In this document: piece by piece, positions 51,737 through 64,000 of the stretch
Position numbering within the stretch: the first letter of the stretch is position 1
Layout of the letters: the number at the start of each line of letters is the position of its first letter
Assembly: GCA_951406725.2 (NCBI GenBank)
Contig: OX597817.1
Span: 40,362,001-40,426,000, forward strand
Length of the DNA: 64,000 nt
Direction of reading: 5' to 3'
Origin: Octopus vulgaris
Lineage: Eukaryota
Notes under the pieces: generated by a model
The model's input: the letters and a program-made list of their open reading frames with translations, nothing else
The model's database searches: none
Told to the model about the DNA's origin: nothing
Translations under genes and position numbers: made by a program

Positions 51737-52510
51737 AAAAAAAAGCTATTCATGTGTACCAATAGCATTATCTCAGATATGTGAGCAGTGCTCCCGTGTG
51801 AGTCACACTTGAGCTTTACAGAGAGCAAGCAATTTGATTAGAAAGCCTAGTTTTCCTGAAGTAATTTTGGCAAGGTTATAGTTATGTCACTATGAGAGAG
51901 AGAGAACGAAGATTGAGACCTAGTATTTTTGTAGTGATTTTGAGAGCTTTAGTTTTGTTGTTGTTGTTGCTGTTGTTATTGGTGCTGGTGTTGGTGTTTT
52001 TGTTGCTGCTGTTGTTACATATGTGGTTGGTGTGGTACAAGTCTCTCTACTGAAAATGACTGCTATTGAGGAAGTTTTTTTGGGTTTTTTATGGCTGTAT
52101 CACGTAGGCAGACTGTTTGGCTGGAAACTGAGTGCATGTGGATTACAGCCGTGTGAATAGCTAAGGTGGAGTGAAGAATGATATTGTCATCATAAAAATG
52201 TGTGTTGTTTAGAAATGTATACAAATGTTTGAACTTTACAGCAAGGACATTTATGTACACAATGTAGGACACAAATGAATCCGGATAGCCGAAGTAGAGA
52301 GTGTCACAAGCACATTTGTCAATGGTGTAATTGGTTTAATATGAAACATCCATTTCAAGATTTAAAAACAGATGAAGCTTTTAGGCAAGCAACTTACTTG
52401 GGTAATTTTTGTGTCAGAAAAAGAGAGAGAGAGAGTGTGTGTGTGTGTGCATGCGTGCAGGTGTGTAAATGAGGCAGTAATCTAATGCATAGCGGTAATC
52501 TAATCTAATG

Positions 52511-52930
52511 AAAGGCGGCGAACTGGCAGAAACATTAGCACGCCGGGCAAAATGCTTAGCGGTATTTTGTCTGCCGCTACGTTCTGAGTTCATATTCCAC
52601 CGAGGTCGACTTTGCCTTTCATCCTTTCGGGGTCAATTAAATAAGTACCAGTTACGCTCTGGGGTCGATATAACCGACTTGATCCGTTTGTCTGTCCTTG
52701 TTTGTCCCTTCTGTGTTTAGCCCCTTGTGGGTAGTAAAGAAATAGGTATTTCATCTGCCATTACATTCTGATTTCAAATTCCGCTGAGGTCGGCTTTGCC
52801 TTTCATCTTTTCAGGGTCAATAAATAAAGTACTAGTTACGCACTGGGATCAATGTAATCGACTTAATCCCATTGTCTGTCTTTGTTTGTCTCATCTGTTT
52901 AGCTCCTTGTGGGCAATAAAAAAATAAGTA
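52511..52930 (+). mobile_element. Tandem dimer of family B SINE
   Basis: Two consecutive units, each ending CCTTGTGGG.A.TAAA. The motif AGTAATCTAATGCAT occurs on both flanks (52476-52490, 52927-52941), consistent with a TSD. Confidence 0.75.
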
Positions 52931-53169
52931 ATCTAATGCATGGTATATGTTTGTTTACATCTATGATTGTTTTTTCAAATGTTATGATGCTTGAGCAGAA
53001 TTGTCTTTGGCACTTCTGTCAATAACTTGTCTACTCACTTAATACCTTTGAAGCTGTGTGGAATAAGAGATCACTGATTTGAACAACAGTGCATCTGGCT
53101 GTAAAGCAATACCTCAACAGCATATGCATCTAACCCATACAAGCATGGAAAATGGATGTAAAACAAATA

Positions 53170-53935
53170 GCTGACATGGCATTTGAGCACAGGTGCTTCA
53201 GAAGGCTGCTACACATCCTACAGACAGAGCACAAAATGAGTAACTTTGTCACACAGCAAGTCAACAATTACATTAACAGATACTACTTTTGAGGGAAAAA
53301 GACAAAACTGTGTCTGGTATACTCTCTTTTCTCTCTTTACTTGTTTCAGTCATTTGATTGTGGCCATGCTCGAGCACCACCTTTAGTCGAGCAAATTGAC
53401 CCCAGGACTTATTCTTTGCAAGCCTAGTACTTATTCTATCAGTCTCTTTTTGCCGAACTGCTAAGTTATGGGGACGTAAACACACCACCATCGGTTGTCA
53501 AGCGATGTTGGGGGGGACAAACACAGACACAAACATATACACACACACACACATATATATACATATATACGACGGGCTTCTTTCAGTTTCCGTCTACCAA
53601 ATCCACTCACAAGGCTTTGGTCAGCCCGAGGCTATAGTAGAAGGTACCATGCAGTGGGACTGAACCTGGAACCATGTGGTTGGTAAGCAAGCTACTTACC
53701 ACACAGCAACTCTACGCCTACATATGGTCAAGAATCCCGTCACAACTTCCTGTCCATAACCCTCTTCAGGACACAGTTGGAAGAGGGTGAAAGACAGGCA
53801 GGCAGAGAAAATTCTGCTTTGACAACATCAAGGACTGAATGGGTCACAACTCAGTGAACCTGTTTTGCATGACAGAGAACAGAGTCCAGTGGTGGTGGCT
53901 GACTATGAAAGCATCAGTTAAGGGACTTTGATAAT
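53170..53935 (+). mobile_element. Decayed RTE LINE 3' end split by a family A SINE (53321-53721, -)
   Basis: Reads AFEHRCFRRLLHI...TEHK before the SINE and YGQ...TVG...GRQRK...DNIKD after it, then a (TGA)n tail. A TAT duplication marks the SINE junction. Confidence 0.65.
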
Positions 53936-55675
53936 GATGAGTGTATTTGTGAGTTCATATCCTTGATGAAGCTACAAAGTAAATAAGAACCCCATATCTG
54001 GATAAAATAAATATTTAAGATGTTGGTTACAGCATTTCATTTCTTAAATGTTGTATCCTTAGAGTGATTGTCAGAAGAAATTGCTTGCAGCATTTTGGAT
54101 CTGATCGTGAGAGATCAGCCATTCTAATGCTGCTTTCTCATTTAATGATGATTTGATTACTACCTTAAGGATACCCTAAAGGCATGAAACCTTAAGCAAT
54201 TGGCTTTAAAGACTGAACCATAACTCACACACAAATAGTGTTTTATTACAAGTGATTATAATACTCAAAGCAGCTTAGCTTTAGGACACTTCACCACCCT
54301 GGATGTGTGGGAGGTTAAATCCAAACAGTGGCACAAAATTTACAGCAGAAAGGTATTCAGAAATCATGATGTGACCCTGCCCCTTAAAATGTAAAGAATT
54401 AAGGGCCAAAACACTTGCAAAAGGAGGGCTTCTTTGAAGACCTTTTTCTATTCAGTTCTCCATACAGTTTCTCACCACTATATATGTATGTTAAGCAAAA
54501 ATAATTAATTTTTTTTTTGATAGATATTCTTGTATTGAAATGTTGATGCTTTTTGTAAATTCTTTTCTTAATTACATGTTCTTTTCCACTTAAGTACTAA
54601 GGGTGCTCTGGAACTGGAAGTGAAGTGTTACCTTGAGGGGTGTTCACTCAGTTAACGAGATCTTGGAAGTGCTAGTATGGTTTGTAATAATCTTGGAACT
54701 CATCAGGAATATATTGTAAATGTATTCTAAACTCCAGGCAAGCTGTTCAGTTGCAGTTCTGTGTTAAGTAGATGGGATGCTAGGTTCGTCCTCTAATCAT
54801 TTCTCTTTTCAATGTAAGAGGTCAGTAGTTCTAATGTTACATTCTCATCTGATGTTCACTACCATAAGGATACCCTAAAGACATAAATCATTAAATATTT
54901 GTTTCAACTTTTGGTACAAGGTCAACAACTTTTTAGGACAGGGTTGAGTCAATTACATTGGCCCCAGTGCTCAACTTGTACTTATTTTATCAACTCCAAA
55001 AGGATGAAAGGTAAAGTAGACCTTGGCAGAATTTGAACTCGGAAAAATAAAGACAGACAAAATTCTGCTAAGTGTTTTGGCTAGCGTACTTACTTTATCA
55101 ACCCCGAAAGAATGAAAGGTAAAGTGGACCTTGGCAGAATTTGAACTCAGAACATAAAGACAGACAAAATTCCGCTAAGCATTATGGCCAGCTCGCTACC
55201 TGAACATTAAGCACTAAATATTGATTTCAAATTTTGGCACAAGGCCAGCAAGTTCAGGGATAAGTCAATTACATCGACCCCAGTGCTCAACTGGTACTTA
55301 CATTATCAACTCCACTAAGCATTTTGGCTAGCGTGCTAACGATTCTGCCAGCTCACTACCTTAACATTAAGCAATAAAATATTGAAGACTGAATTATAAT
55401 CAAAATACATACAGCTGGTGTCTGAAAGCAAAATGGTTACAATATTCAAGTCAACTTGGCTCTGGAGCACCTCACTACATTGACTGGTGTGGGTCTGATA
55501 TGGGGTAACATTCTCTGATAATCTCATTCTTATTCTTAAATGTAAAGCAAACCATAAAAATGTCCTGCACCAATACAGAATAAATTTCTCAAAGTGGATT
55601 TGAATTCAATAATCTTTAAGTTGGCAGTGCTATACCATACCTGTTTGACTATTTTGCTTCTACAATGGCAGTGTG

Positions 55676-55866
55676 TTTTGTGTGTGTGTGTGTGTGTGTC
55701 TATATATGTATGTATGCATATATGTGTATATGTATATATATGTATATGAATATATATGTATATGTATATATATGTATATATATGTATATGTATATATATG
55801 TATATATGTATATGTATATATATGTATAAATATATGTATGTATATGTATATGTGTGTATGTATATT

Positions 55867-55911
<45 letters not shown>

Positions 55912-57071
55912 ATATATATATATGTATGTGTATATATATATATGTATGTGTATATATATATATGTATGTATGTGTATATATATATATGTATGTATGTGTA
56001 TATATATATATGTATGTGTATATATATATATGTATGTGTATATATATATATGTATGTATGTGTATATATATATGTATGTGTATGCCAGCCTGTCCGTTGC
56101 CAGCCTCGCCTGGCCCTCGTGCCGGTGGCACATAAAAAGCACCATCCGTTCGTGGCCGTTTGCCAGCTCTGTCTGGCACCAGTGCGGGTGGCACGTAAAA
56201 AGCACCCACTACACTCACGGAGTGGTTGGCGTTAGGAAGGGCATCCAGCCGTAGAAACACTGCCAGATTTGACTGGGCCTGATGAAGCCTTCTGGCTTCA
56301 CAGACCCCAGTAGAACCGTCCAACCCATGCTAGCATGGAAAACGGACGCTAAATGATGATGATGATGTATATATATGTGTGTATGTATATATGTGTGTAT
56401 GTATATATATGTGTGTATGTATATATATATGTGTATGTATATATATATATGTGTGTGTATGTATATATGTATGTGTATATATACATGTATGTGTATATGT
56501 ATATATGTATATATATGTATATATGTATGTATATATATGTATATATGTATGTATATATATATATATATGTGTATATGTGTATATATATATGTATGTATAT
56601 GTATATATGTATGTGTATATATACATGTATGTGTATATGTATATATGTGTATATATATATGTATGTATATGTATATATGTATGTGTATATATACATGTAT
56701 GTGTATATGTATATATGTATATATATGTATATATGTATGTATATATATGTATATATGTATGTATATATATGTATATATGTATGTATATATATATATATAT
56801 ATATGTGTATATGTGTATATATATATGTATGTATGTATATATATTTATGTATGTATATATATGTATGTATGTATATATATGTATGTATGTATATATGTGT
56901 ATATGTGTATATATATATGTATGTATGTATATATATGTATGTATGTATATATATGTATGTATGTATGTATATATATGTATGTATGTATATGTATATGTAT
57001 GTATATATATGTATGTATGTATATGTATGTATGTATGTGTATGTATGTATGTGTATGTATATATGTGTATG

Positions 57072-57118
<47 letters not shown>

Positions 57119-57249
57119 GTATATATATATGTATGTATGTATATATATATGTATATGTATGTATATATATATGTATATGTATGTATATATATATGTATAT
57201 GTATGTATATATATATATATGAATATATATGCATGTATACATATATGTA

Positions 57250-57297
<48 letters not shown>
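55676..57297. repeat. ~1.6-kb compound (TA)/(TATG)/(TG) microsatellite containing a family D insertion
   Basis: Seen directly. It is the source of the many spurious Y/I/V/C/M and H/T-rich ORFs. Confidence 0.95.
56084..56367 (+). mobile_element. Young-looking family D copy (CpG-rich)
   Basis: Two array units, core GAGTGGTTGGCGTTAGGAAGGGCATCCAG and a (GAT)n tail. CpGs are retained. Confidence 0.8.
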
Positions 57298-57300
<3 letters not shown>

Positions 57301-57695
57301 GATCAGAGAGAAATGTATGGTTCAGTTGTTGTGGTCAGTAGAATTATTGTTCTAAAAATGTCTAGGAAGGTATTTTTCATTTTAATCCTATTATCTAACC
57401 ATTTATATTGATTAATAACATTTGCATTAGAATCTCTAGTAGCAGTCTATATTGAAGTGAATTCTTGCTTACATGTCAAAATCTGTTTTAGAGAATCTGA
57501 GATAAATACTTAATCTGCAAACAAGTGAGTTTATTTTGCTAAATTCTAGATAAAGTATGCGATGCCTTTGTGATGAGTTAATCTCTGGTTGAACAGGAAA
57601 CTATACGTGCGTGATAGGATGGAGGTGTGGCTGCCTGCTAAATAAATTTAGTTTAGAACCATATTGTTCTAAGTTGCATTCTGCTGTGTGATATA

Positions 57696-57952
57696 GTTTG
57701 TTCCTTCTCGAGCCACGCCTGGCTCATAAGGGCCAGTTTCCCGGTTTCCTTGGTGTATAGGTTCCCCAACTGAACGGGACGCCGGTCCATCACAGGTGAG
57801 CTGCAAGATTCAGGAGGAAAGGGTGAGAGAAAGTTGTGGCAAAAGAGTGAGCAGAAGTTCACTATTACCTTCTGTCAGAGCCGCGTGGAGCTTAGGTGTT
57901 TTGCTCAAAAACACTCACATCGCCCGGTCTGAGATTCAAATCCGCAATCCCT
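57696..57952 (-). mobile_element. SINE family E, 5'-truncated
   Basis: Reverse complement of 21168-21425. Confidence 0.75.
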
Positions 57953-58888
57953 GACAGTGACACTCATTTATAAATATCATGCAATGCCAAATCAGAGAGA
58001 GAGAGAGACAGAGAGAGAAGCTGGAAAAAAAGTCCTGTTGCATTTTTTGACCTGATCACTTTGAGAGGAATTTTTCAATACTTCCAATAAATTAAGCACT
58101 AATTTTTTTTACATTCTAAGTAAATCATCATCATTATTTGATATTTATCTTCCGTGATGGCCAGGGTTACACAGTTTGACAGGTCAGTGGATGGTGTGGG
58201 TCTTACATGGGTTAATCTGCTTTTTTTTCTAATGGCTGAGCAAACCATAAAATAAAGTGTACTGCTCAAACATTGAATAAAATATCTGAAGTAGATTTGG
58301 ACACAAGACCCTTTGAGTTGGTAGTGTAATACAGTACCTATTTATCCTTTTTACTTGTTTCATTCATTGGACAATGGCCATGCTGGGGCACCACCATGAA
58401 GGGTTTAGCTGAGCAAACTGACCCCAGTAATATTTTAAGCCTGGTACTTATTCTGTTGATCTCTTTTGCCAAACCACTAAGTTATGGGGATGTAAACAAA
58501 CCAATAAATACTGTTGAAAAGGGATGGTTGAGGTGCAAATACAAAGACACATACTATATATATATATTTATATACATGTCCAGCTTCCACACAGCTTCAA
58601 TCTACTAAATTCACTCACAAGGCACTGGTTGGTCCAGAGCTGTAATAGAAGACACCTGCCCTGGTTGCCATCCAGGGGGACTGAACCTGCAACCGTGTGG
58701 TTGCAAAGTGAATGTCTTAACCACTCAGCAATTTGATTTTTTTGCTTCTACATTGAAATTACATTAAGAAATATGCAAAACACAGACGAAAAAAATGCAG
58801 AAAAGAAAATATTAGCTTCTCTTTTTTTGAGTCAGCTATGTGCATTAGTAAATGAAAAGAACATTTTAAAGCCATTTCTCTCACTCAC

Positions 58889-58932
<44 letters not shown>

Positions 58933-58992
58933 TCACTCACTCACTCACTCTCTCTCTCTTTCTCTCTCTCTCTCTTATATATATATATCTAT

Positions 58993-59034
<42 letters not shown>

Positions 59035-59581
59035 GACTCTGTCTACTGCTCTCTTTCTATCACTCATAGATTTTGAAGAATGAGTGTTCCAGTTATTCCA
59101 TCAATGGAACTACATTTTCAGTGACTTAGTATAACTGGTTAAGCATTCTATAGACATGTACTTTTTCTCGCAATCCACATGTAGAATCAGCATGATACTG
59201 TAACAAGGCTGGACCTTCAAATCACATGTACAATCCATCCAACAGCCTTTTGCCTGGGATATCTTGATTGCTATGTAAATGCATTAGTCACATAGTAATG
59301 TGTCCGTATAGCTTCATATATCGTTACATAATCACATAGTAATACAAATTAGTTTGCTTTATGTCAGTGAGACCTTTTTCAAGTGAATACGGGAATCAAA
59401 AAGATTTGGCTCTCGTATGACCTACCTTCATCTAGATTGAAAATTCATTGCTGCAAAAGACTAATTTTTTCATTTATATTCTTATATAAATATATTTATA
59501 TAACAAATAAGGTGATATTTCCCCATGATCAGGCATGTTCTTGCAGAATTTTGGAAATGAATGGCATTGCCAGTATGACCA

Positions 59582-59778
59582 TGTTATGGGGATAATAGTA
59601 ATAATGGAACATCCCTCCCATCTAATGAGTGGTATGTGATAGTCATTATAAATACTGTGACATAGGCAGTCGAGAAGACGGTCATTAGATAGATTAGATA
59701 GTTGTGTCTTACTAGTCTAACTAACTATACTGTTATGCTGGAGTGGGTATTATAACAGTCCGACAGAGGATTACAACA
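59582..59778 (+). mobile_element. Possible solo LTR (~197 bp)
   Basis: TGTT...AACA termini and an internal TATAAATA. It interrupts a repeat at ATGAC|AGTGACACTC with an imperfect GAC(C)A duplication. Confidence 0.45.
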
Positions 59779-60564
59779 GACAGTGACACTCATTTATAAA
59801 TATCATGCAATGCCAAATCAGAGAGAAGGAGAGAAAGAGAGAGATAGAGTGAGAACAATTGAACATAAGACCACATAGTCATGCCTACATTAATATAGGC
59901 ATGGCTATGTGGACTTATGTTCAATTCCACTGTGTGGCATCTGTGGCATTGGCAAGTGACTTTTACTATAGCTGTGGATTTGGTAGACAGAAACTCAAAG
60001 ACAACTGTTGTCTGTTTTTATGTGTATGAGTGTATTGTCTTGGCATTATTTGGTAGTTGTCATAAGCTGTCCCTTTCATTTTCAATTTCAATGATAATAA
60101 TTCTTTCTACTGGAAGCACAAGTCCTCAAGTTTGTGGGAAGGGATTACGTCGATTACATCGACCTCAGTGCCTAACTGGTACTTATTTAATCAACCCCGA
60201 AAGGATGAAAGGCAAAGTCGATTTAAGCAAAATTTGAACTCAGAACATAGCGCCAGACGAAATATTTCAATGTATTTCACTTGGCATGCTAACGATTCTG
60301 CCTGCAAGCTACCTTAACCTCAATAATAATAATAATCCTTTCTGCTATAGGCACAAGGCCTGAAATTTTAGGAGAGGAGGAAGCAGTCGATTAGATCGAC
60401 CCCAGTATGCAACTGGTACTTAATCTATCGACCCCGAAAAGATGAAAGGCAAAGTCAACCAGAATGTAACAACAGGCGAAATACTGCTAAGCATTTTACC
60501 CATTGTGCTAACGATTCTGCCAGCTCACTGCCTTAATCTTAATGATAATAATAATAAAATTTGA

Positions 60565-60903
60565 AGGTGCATGGCTCAATGATTAGAGCATTGGGCTTAC
60601 AATCATGAGATTGTGAGTTCAATTCCTGAATCAGGCTGTGTGTTGTGTTCTTGAGCAAGACATTTTATTTCATGTTGCTCCAGTCCACTCAGCTGCAGAA
60701 ATGAGTTGCAGTGTCACTGGTATCAATCTGTATCTGTATCAGTTTTTTGCCTTTCTCTTGGATAACATTGGTAGCATGGAGAAGGAAGGCTGGTATGCAT
60801 GGGTGACTGCTGGTTTTTTACAAACAATCTTCCCCAGACTTGTACTTTGGAGGGGAACTTTCTAGGTGCAATCCCATGGTTGTTCAAGACTGAAGGGGGT
60901 CTT
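60565..60903 (+). mobile_element. SINE family C
   Basis: Colinear with 17447-17780. Confidence 0.7.
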
Positions 60904-61340
60904 TAATAATAATAATATGCGCCACGGGAAATATTGCCTTACTTGGAAACAGATGAAGGTTAGTGACAGGAAGGGCATCTGGTTGTACCCCAACAAACTT
61001 CACTTGAGCCTTGGAAGCATGGAAAACTGGACATGGAATCAATGGTAATGATGACTAACACTACAGAAAGCAGAACTGAAAAACCAGAAACCAAGAAAAA
61101 TGAAGAAAAAAAACAATAACATTTACAAATCATTCTGCTTTTAAGCACAATGAATCACTTGCAGCTTTAAGAATTATGTGTGAATATTTGCTTTGAAATA
61201 TAAAACACACTTAAAACATGGATTAAAGCATTAAGGCATGTACTTTAGGGACTGCAGCTTATCCATTTGCAAATGTTAAATCAAAGGATAACTACTCTAA
61301 ACTATCTATTTTAAAAAATTGGGCTCAATCACCATACTGT

Positions 61341-61409
<69 letters not shown>

Positions 61410-62734
61410 AACACTGACACACACAAACACATTTGTTGTAAACATTCTATGGCAACAAGAAACACACTGTATGCTTGCCAAGGGTATACATATAGTATTA
61501 TGTCTTACATATAGTTGTGTCTTGTGAATTTTAGACATGGCTGTGAGGGTATGAAGTTTACTTTTTAACCACATGGTTTCAGGTTCAGTCCCACTATGTG
61601 GCATTTCGGGCAAGTGTTTTCTACAATGGTTCCAGACTGACTGTGAGTAGATTTGGTCAACAGGAACTGTAAAAAAAAAAACGCACTTTTTAATATTATA
61701 TAGAGATATGGGATATATAGATAGATATACACACAAAGTGTTCAGAAAAAATTCAGACCAAAGACTTTGTGTTTGTGTCATATTATCTTGACATCACATG
61801 ATAATTGTAAATGAGTATCACTGTCATACAAGCAGTGTCATTCATTTCTAATATTCTATAAAATCCATCTACCTGAAGGCGTTTGTGGTTTTCTACCTTC
61901 CTACTTATTAGGACTTTAGTTTTAGGCTAGGTTGACTCTAAGGCCCTTCGATTCTAATCCTTGCTTCTACACCTGAAACTTCTCCAGTTCTGATAGTGAC
62001 TCAGCAATTAGAGCAAAGTCATCAGCATAGAGGAGCTCGGTTGTAGGGAAATATTAACTTGCTTGGAAATAAGTGAGGGTTGGTGATATGAAGGGCATCC
62101 AGCCATAGAAAATCTGCCTCAATTCCATCTACTCCATGCAAGCATAAAAAAGTGCACGTTAAATGATGACAATGGTGATGACAACTGAGTTCTGGGTGCA
62201 ATGCAGGAAACTTTGAATGACCAAAAAAATAATCTATATTATTAGACTCGTGTAGTTTGCAGATCTTGAGCAGTGAAACAATTAATGGAAGGGAAAAGCC
62301 ACAAGCAAGTGTGAGCAAGTTTAGTGGAGAATGTAATAGTGAGAGAAGGAGGAAAGAAATACTGCAAACATATAATCACACATACACACACACATGCATG
62401 CATGTACGCATACAGACAGCTAGTAGCTCTTAAAAGTTGTGGGAGTGCTATTGGAAGAGAAAATTGTTAATGCTAGTTGGGATGGTGAATTTGTATTTTT
62501 TTTATTCCACTAATTGTTTTAAAATTGCTAATCACTTAACATATGCATTTTCGTGCAATTGATTGTTGTCTGCTAAAACAAACCCTTCACATTTGTTGAT
62601 CTATAATATCATTGTGTCTGACTATGTCTGTAACTGTGGAATGAAACTGGTGGCATAATATTTTGTTAAAGGTACAGCATTTTTATTGTTACTAAGACCA
62701 CAGACTGTAGATGAAGTATGATATATATATTATA

Positions 62735-64000
62735 CAGGGTGTGGTGAATATATTGTCATCTAAATTACGCGAAAATGAAAATAACATTGACATCTCATTT
62801 TAACATATATTTACCAAAATAAAATTGCATTAAAATATCTTGAAATACTAAAGAATAAATTTATTGAATAAAATTGCCATTGGCTTCAACCATGACCTCT
62901 AGGCAACTTCAGAATCTCCTGTGACTTTTTTGGACAGTCTCCTTGTTTAAGTTGGTGAATGCTGCTATAATCCTTGCTTTCAGTTTATCTTTGGTGTTAC
63001 AAAGAGTTTTGTTGGTTTCCTGCTCAACTGCACCCCACACATAATAACCAAGGGGTTGCAGTGTGAGGAGTTAGGTGGCCAGATGTTAGTGGTGATGTGG
63101 TCACAGAAATTATCCGATAGCCATGACTGGGTTTTCCTGCTTCTGTGGCATGGTGCAGAGTCCTGTTGTCATACGTAGGGTCTTCCAGCAGCACTACTTC
63201 CTCCAGGCACTTGATATAGGCCTCCATGTTGAGTTTGAGGCCATGTGGAAAAATGAATGGAGGCATAACATCACCATCACTAGTCATCACTCCAAACACC
63301 ATGATGTTGACTGGATGTTTGATTTTTATCACTCTCAGTACATGTTTTGTGTACACAGCAAGCCAACGGTTGTTTTGTGTGTTCACCATCTGATCCTGGC
63401 AGAAATTTTTCTTATCTGAGAAAAGCCAAAGCATGTTTGGTTGGAAGGGATGTTTGAATTCGTTCAAAAGCTTCATAGCACGGCCTTTCCTCTTGTTCTT
63501 GATGGCTTGGAATAAAAGTTGGCCATTTTTCATCTTGTATCAGTAATACCGAATGTCTTCATGCACTACCTGCCTAATAACAAACTCAGACACTCTCGTG
63601 TCCCTGGCAATGGACCTGATTGACTTGGAGGGATTGTTGTTAATCATGGCCTGGATTTTATCAACGAATTCAGAACTGTCCGAGTGAGTTTTCCAAGCTG
63701 CTGTATCTTTGTAATCACCATTATTCTTATCCATCTCTTTCTGAATCCTCTACACTGTCTTCAGATTGACACCCAAACCCTCTAAAATGTTCGTATTGGA
63801 GCTTCCAGCATGAATGCCAAGCAGTACAGCATGTCGTTTCAAAATTTCTGGCTGAGTGAATTGTGTCATCGTGCTGTTTTTCACACAGACTGTGCCCAAC
63901 TAACCCTACTATACTGTGTAGTTAACAAAATCAAAAACTAACAATGTGCATGTGCAAAATTAAAAATATAAAATGGCAACAATTTACCCATCACACCCTG
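62735..64000 (-). mobile_element. Full-length decayed Tc1/mariner superfamily transposon, DD37D (maT) type
   Basis: TA followed by CAGGGTGTG at 62733-62743, and the matching CACACCCTG ending at 64000. Transposase remnants lie inside. Confidence 0.85.
62861..63869 (-). pseudogene. DD37D transposase pseudogene with stops and frameshifts
   Basis: Motifs SIRSIARD (HTH), WLFSDKKNF, KHP..IMVFG and QQDSAPCH...WPPNSSHCNPL. There are 37 residues between the second D and the mutated third catalytic position. Confidence 0.85.

Noticed and set aside
55660-57411. Long ORFs (up to 320 aa) rich in Y/I/V/C/M or H/T, also at 26.8-27.6 kb and 38-39 kb
   Set aside because: They are translations of stop-poor dinucleotide microsatellites, open in several frames on both strands.

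Overview
AT-rich, repeat-dense eukaryotic DNA. The SINE families and (AT)/(AC)/(AAT) microsatellite load look like a coleoid cephalopod (Octopus-like) genome; this is an inference. Only one host coding exon is well supported: the N-terminal exon of a TMTC-family protein O-mannosyltransferase, most like TMTC4 (+, 21645-22004). It is followed by an intron with no recognisable next exon in the remaining 42 kb. Everything else is mobile DNA: Tx1/L1-clade LINE pieces with 16-bp TSDs, RTE fragments, a decayed full-length DD37D (maT) Tc1/mariner element, piggyBac-like, Merlin-like and hAT-like MITEs, a possible solo LTR and at least five tRNA-derived or RTE-tailed SINE families. The most unusual signal is a set of at least four different short elements carrying minimal type I hammerhead-ribozyme folds of the Penelope/retrozyme kind. 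One of them fuses a tRNA-like Pol III head to a hammerhead tail (two copies). Also notable are perfect fold-back palindromes, a SINE with an internal array of ~65-bp double-hairpin units, a CpG step near 13.5-14 kb, and a TMTC4 exon that would give a stop-free frame if back-spliced. All calls were made by eye, with no database searches or folding calculations.
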